A stretch of 37,127 nucleotides of DNA, from contig JAXHSV010000002.1 in the NCBI GenBank assembly GCA_034190305.1, positions 1 through 37,127 of the forward strand, given 5' to 3'. The DNA is from Planctomycetota bacterium (lineage in GTDB: Bacteria > Planctomycetota > Phycisphaerae > SM23-33). The notes beneath the pieces were generated by a model, which saw only the letters and a list, made by a program, of their open reading frames with translations, was not told the DNA's origin and did no database searches. The first letter of the stretch is position 1. Each line of letters begins with the position of its first letter. Shown one piece after another: positions 33,021 to 37,127 of this stretch. The position numbers and the translations under genes are program-made.

Positions 33021-33545
33021 ATGAATATCAGAAGCGCCTTTTCTGTTTTCGCGGCTGCGATTCTCGCTGCCGCGCTGACCGCCGGATGTAACGGTTCATT
33101 CTGGCAGCGGAACAAGCCTGTGGTCGAGGAAACCATACCTGAACCCATAGATACACTGCTTCCTAAGCAGATTCGTATCCATCCGTTCACCGGAATGAGC
33201 GTCTTTTCCGAAAAAGGCGACATCAGGGGAATCGACGTTCGCATCGAGGCCATTGACGCATACGGCGACGCCAACAAGGCCTTCGGTCAATTTCGCTTCG
33301 AGTTGTATCAATTCAAGCCCAACAGCCCGGACCCCAGGGGCGTCCGTCTGGCCGTATGGAACGAGAGCATCGAAGACTTCAAGAGCAACCGCCGACACTG
33401 GAACAGCATCGCGCGGATATACCAGTTCAAACTTGCCTGGAATCGACCAACCTCCGTCGGGCAGAAGTTCGTCCTCGCGGTTGTCTTCCAGAGCCGATTC
33501 ACCGAACGCCTCTTCACCGAACGGGTCTTCGAGTCAGACCGCTGA
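33021..33545 (+). CDS. hypothetical lipoprotein; paralogous domain to 29606..30265
   Basis: 174 aa with lipobox LTAGC. The beta-rich domain is described under 29606..30265. Confidence 0.6.
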   Translation: MNIRSAFSVFAAAILAAALTAGCNGSFWQRNKPVVEETIPEPIDTLLPKQIRIHPFTGMSVFSEKGDIRGIDVRIEAIDAYGDANKAFGQFRFELYQFKPNSPDPRGVRLAVWNESIEDFKSNRRHWNSIARIYQFKLAWNRPTSVGQKFVLAVVFQSRFTERLFTERVFESDR

Positions 33546-33550
33546 AAAAG

Positions 33551-34090
33551 CTACTTTCGCGAGCGATTGACAGCCTCCAGAACCATCTCGTGCACCTGGG
33601 CCGGTTTGTCAACTGCGCTCCAGACAACGGCAGGGACGCTCTGTGAAGCGGTCAGGCAACAGATGCTTCCCGTGCCGAAGAGCCTTTCGGTAATCGTAGC
33701 GGTCAGCACTGGTCGACGGATATCCATCAGCGCCGCCGACGAGACTCTGATATGCACCAATCCTCGAACTGTTACGATTCGATGATTGGTCAGCACGTAG
33801 GTTCTCCCCAGCCACTGCCAGCAGGCTCCAAGAGCGCGGAGAATGGCGACGGCGGCACAGAAACATATAATGGTTTCGGCCGGCGTTTCGCTCCGATAGA
33901 TATTCACGACATAAGCGATCACGGTAACGACCAATGCTGAAATAAGCACCGGCAGCGATGCAAGCAGGACGAACCATCCGCTGGGCTTGATTGCCAGGAT
34001 GATAATCTCTCCGTCGCCAAGCAGGTCCGCCGGCACAAGGTGCGCCGCAATGTCAGCCCGTTGCGAAGTCGGTTCGGCAGAAGGTGTCAT
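33551..34090 (-). CDS. membrane protein with a bacterial PH domain (bPH_2 / YdbS-like)
   Basis: ATG 34090 (MTPSAEPTSQ...) within ORF 33551..34204. Two TM helices are followed by YVLTNHRIVTVRG...LFGTGSI, the usual bPH_2 pattern. Confidence 0.65.
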   Translation of the reverse strand: MTPSAEPTSQRADIAAHLVPADLLGDGEIIILAIKPSGWFVLLASLPVLISALVVTVIAYVVNIYRSETPAETIICFCAAVAILRALGACWQWLGRTYVLTNHRIVTVRGLVHIRVSSAALMDIRRPVLTATITERLFGTGSICCLTASQSVPAVVWSAVDKPAQVHEMVLEAVNRSRK

Positions 34091-34268
34091 ATCCAAAAGT
34101 GTCCGTACCGGAAACGATGCGTATCCGATGTGCAAATATGCTAACGTCCCGCAACAAACGTTGCAACCCATGATAAAAAACACCGGAAGCGCCCCCGCCT
34201 GCATGAACTGGTTGGGCTTGTGCCCAAGCCAACCGACAGGTTATTATATCAATTCTGTCTATTTATAT

Positions 34269-37127
34269 ATGGCCAAGACACGTAAGACATCCCGAAACCC
34301 CGGTAAGGCGTCGGTTGTGCGTCGTCGCAACGCCGCCCGAACGACCAACCAAAGGGAAATAGTCGTCCTCGGCGCCAAGGAGCACAACCTACGGCACATC
34401 GACGTGCGGATTCCGCGCGACAAACTGGTGGTCGTTACGGGGCTTAGCGGGTCGGGTAAGAGTTCGCTGGCGTTCGACACGCTCTATGCCGAGGGGCAGC
34501 GGAAGTACGTCGAGAGCCTGTCGGCCTACGCCCGTCAGTTCCTCGAGCAACTATCCAAGCCGGACGTGGACCACATCGAGGGCCTGCCGCCGACGATCGC
34601 CATCGAGCAGCGCAGCGGCGGCGCCAATCCGCGCTCGACGGTGGCGACGACCACGGAGATTTACGATTATCTGCGTCTGCTGTTCGCCCGCGTCGGCCTG
34701 CCGCACTGCTGGGTCTGCGGGCGGCCGATTACCTCCCAGACAGTTACGCAGATGATCGACGCCATCTTCCGCCTGCCGGAAGGTACGCGATTCATGGTCC
34801 TTGCCCCGGTCGTCCGCGGACAAAAGGGTCAGCACGCCGAAGTGCTTCGCCGCGTGCGGCGTGAAGGCTTCGTTCGACTTCGCGTCGATTCGGTCCTGTA
34901 CGATCTCCAGGACGTCCCGCCGCTGGAAAAGAACCGCAAACACACCATCGAAGTCGTGGTTGACCGGTTGGTGCTCAAGCCTTCCGTGCGAATCCGGCTG
35001 GGCGACAGTCTGGGCGCAGCACTGGAACTTTCCGGCGGGCTGGTAACGATTGCATATGAGGAAAACGGCGGAACCTCGCCCGACGAGGACGCAAACGGCG
35101 CAGAACCCGTCTGGAAGAATCAGATATACAGCGCCACCTTCGCCTGCCCGGAACACCCGCAGGCGAACCTGGAGGAACTGTCGCCGCGTATGTTCAGTTT
35201 CAATTCACCTTACGGGGCATGTGAGGTATGCGACGGGCTTGGAACGATTCCGGAATTCGACCCGGACCTTATCGTGCCGGACACGTCCCTCAGCCTCAGT
35301 AAGGGCGCCGTCCACGCCTGGCGCCACGGCGGAAAGCGGATGAACATCTTCTACAATCGCATGATCCGCCGGTTCTGCCGAAATTACGACGTCAGCCCGG
35401 ATACGCCTTACAAGGAACTCCCCCCCACCGTCCGAAAAGCGCTGATGTACGGCGATGGCGGCGGGACGAAGCAGTTTGAGGGCGTCATTCCCAACCTGAC
35501 CCGCCGATGGGAAACCACCGAGAGCGAATTCGTCAAGCAGCGGCTTCACGGGTACCTTTCCGAACAGCCTTGCCGGACATGCCGCGGCGCCAGACTCAAG
35601 GCTGCGTCGCTGGCGGTCAAAATCGACGGAAAGAACATTTGCGACGTTGTCGGCATGAGCATATCCGCAGCCCGGTCTTACTTCGATTCGCTCACCTTCG
35701 ACGCCGAGCGCGCCAGGATCGCCGAGCAGATACTACGCGAAATCAGCCACCGCCTGAAATTCATGGAGGACGTTGGACTCGGATACATTACGCTGGACCG
35801 CACAAGCGCCACGCTATCGGGCGGCGAAGCGCAGCGAATCCGCCTTGCAACCCAGGTCGGAAGCGGGCTGGTGGGCGTCTGTTACGTGCTGGATGAGCCG
35901 ACCATCGGGCTGCACCAGCGCGACAACAAGCGAATGATCGCCACGCTGCGCCACCTGCGCGACATCGACAATACGGTAATAGTCGTCGAGCACGACGAGG
36001 AGATGATCCGCTCTGCCGACCACATAATCGACATAGGTCCGGGCGCGGGCCGCCGCGGCGGACGCATCGTCGCACAGGGTAAGTTGAAAGACATCGAATC
36101 GGCGCCTGAATCCGTTACCGGAAAGTACCTGTCCGGGACGATGGAAATCGAGACGCCGAGTGAGCGAAGGATTTTATCGTTCCACAAGGTCGTGGAAATC
36201 CGGGGCTGTCGGGAAAACAACCTGAAAAACCTGGACGTCAAGTTCCCGCTGGGCGGGATCGTGTGCGTAACGGGCGTAAGCGGTTCGGGCAAGAGCACGC
36301 TGGTCAATCAGACGCTTCTTCGTGCGCTCCGCCGGAGTTTATACGGCTCGCGCGACAAGCCGGGCGCATTCGACAGGCTCCTGGGGACGGGAAAGATCGA
36401 CAAGGTAATCGAAATCAACCAGTCGCCCATCGGAAGGACGCCGCGGTCGAACCCCGCGACCTATACCGGCGTATTCGGTCACATCCGCCAGTTATTCGCC
36501 AGGACGCGCGAGGCGAAAATTCGAGGATACAAACCGGGACGGTTCTCTTTCAACGTCAAGGGCGGGCGCTGCGAGGCGTGCGGGGGGCAGGGAACGAAAA
36601 AAATCGGAATGCACTTCCTGCCCGACGTGTACGTTACCTGCGCCGAGTGCAAGTCCAGCCGGTATAACGACGAGACGCTGGAGATAAAGTATCGTGGAAA
36701 GAGCATCGCCGACGTGCTGAAGATGCGGGCAGAGGAAGCCCTTTCCTTCTTCCAGAACTTCCCGAAGATAAAGCGGATTCTCAAGACCCTCAACGACGTC
36801 GGGCTTTCATACGTCGAACTTGGACAGTCCTCGACCACGCTGTCGGGGGGCGAAGCCCAGCGGGTAAAACTTGCCAGCGAACTGGGGAAAACCGCCACGG
36901 GACACACGCTCTACATGCTGGATGAGCCGACGACAGGATTGCACTTCGCCGACATCCGCAGCCTCCTGAACGTCCTGAACCGCCTGGCGGAGAAAGGCAA
37001 CACGATTATCATCATCGAGCATAACATGGATGTGATAAAGTGCGCCGACTGGATAATCGACCTGGGCCCCGAAGGCGGCGACGCCGGCGGGACCGTCATC
37101 GCTCAGGGAACACCAGAAGACATCGTC
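34269..37127 (+). CDS. uvrA: excinuclease ABC subunit A; the 3' end runs off the window
   Basis: My own translation from ATG 34269 stays open for 953 codons to the window end. It contains [46 protein letters not shown], a second Walker [11 protein letters not shown], zinc-finger Cys pairs (CPEH...CEVCDG; CEACGG...CAEC) and [12 protein letters not shown]. It is absent from the ORF track because there is no stop codon in the window. Confidence 0.95.
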   Translation, partial: MAKTRKTSRNPGKASVVRRRNAARTTNQREIVVLGAKEHNLRHIDVRIPRDKLVVVTGLSGSGKSSLAFDTLYAEGQRKYVESLSAYARQFLEQLSKPDVDHIEGLPPTIAIEQRSGGANPRSTVATTTEIYDYLRLLFARVGLPHCWVCGRPITSQTVTQMIDAIFRLPEGTRFMVLAPVVRGQKGQHAEVLRRVRREGFVRLRVDSVLYDLQDVPPLEKNRKHTIEVVVDRLVLKPSVRIRLGDSLGAALELSGGLVTIAYEENGGTSPDEDANGAEPVWKNQIYSATFACPEHPQANLEELSPRMFSFNSPYGACEVCDGLGTIPEFDPDLIVPDTSLSLSKGAVHAWRHGGKRMNIFYNRMIRRFCRNYDVSPDTPYKELPPTVRKALMYGDGGGTKQFEGVIPNLTRRWETTESEFVKQRLHGYLSEQPCRTCRGARLKAASLAVKIDGKNICDVVGMSISAARSYFDSLTFDAERARIAEQILREISHRLKFMEDVGLGYITLDRTSATLSGGEAQRIRLATQVGSGLVGVCYVLDEPTIGLHQRDNKRMIATLRHLRDIDNTVIVVEHDEEMIRSADHIIDIGPGAGRRGGRIVAQGKLKDIESAPESVTGKYLSGTMEIETPSERRILSFHKVVEIRGCRENNLKNLDVKFPLGGIVCVTGVSGSGKSTLVNQTLLRALRRSLYGSRDKPGAFDRLLGTGKIDKVIEINQSPIGRTPRSNPATYTGVFGHIRQLFARTREAKIRGYKPGRFSFNVKGGRCEACGGQGTKKIGMHFLPDVYVTCAECKSSRYNDETLEIKYRGKSIADVLKMRAEEALSFFQNFPKIKRILKTLNDVGLSYVELGQSSTTLSGGEAQRVKLASELGKTATGHTLYMLDEPTTGLHFADIRSLLNVLNRLAEKGNTIIIIEHNMDVIKCADWIIDLGPEGGDAGGTVIAQGTPEDIV

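Noticed and set aside
33551-34204. A Cys-rich 38-aa N-terminal extension of the bPH-domain protein (start at 34204)
   Set aside because: The internal ATG 34090 gives the usual short cytoplasmic N-terminus, two TM helices and a PH domain. The extension is hydrophobic and Cys-rich, without a signal-peptide logic.

Overview
Gene-dense, moderately GC-rich chromosomal window of 37.1 kb. The source is probably a PVC-superphylum-type bacterium. This is a low-confidence guess based on a prepilin-type GFTLVELLVV protein with a DUF1559-like tail and a four-helix-bundle gene.

Housekeeping content:
- ribB (5' part only) and pgsA
- thiC, preceded by a GNAT gene and a TPP riboswitch
- tig followed by two tandem clpP paralogs
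- uvrA (3'-truncated by the window edge)
- tRNA-Leu(GAG), tRNA-Arg(CCG) and tRNA-Gly(GCC)
- a LysE exporter, a CaCA antiporter and a beta-class DNA methyltransferase

Two divergently transcribed accessory-looking blocks stand out.
1. A minus-strand string (3829-12128): nagB, a DUF4954-like beta-helix protein, a Gfo/Idh/MocA oxidoreductase, an alt-GlmU-like nucleotidyltransferase, an ADP-forming acyl-CoA synthetase and a stand-alone ACP.
2. A plus-strand type II FAS/PKS-like cassette (12360-19908): hotdog dehydratase, an ACP with a large insertion, a second hotdog dehydratase, a KS-like protein with a degenerate active site, a canonical KS, then a membrane-anchored alpha/beta hydrolase translationally coupled to a GH3-family adenylating enzyme. 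The two KS genes are separated by a four-helix-bundle ('23S rRNA IVS protein') gene bracketed by inverted repeats.

The non-coding space is unusual. Many of the longer intergenic spacers carry a low-complexity palindromic element built from its own short word, several of them in two copies. There is also a 10-unit 11-bp tandem repeat and a ~167-bp nested palindrome. A CE7 esterase gene carries an in-frame TGA in its conserved N-terminus. No CRISPR array, transposase, integrase or rRNA was seen.
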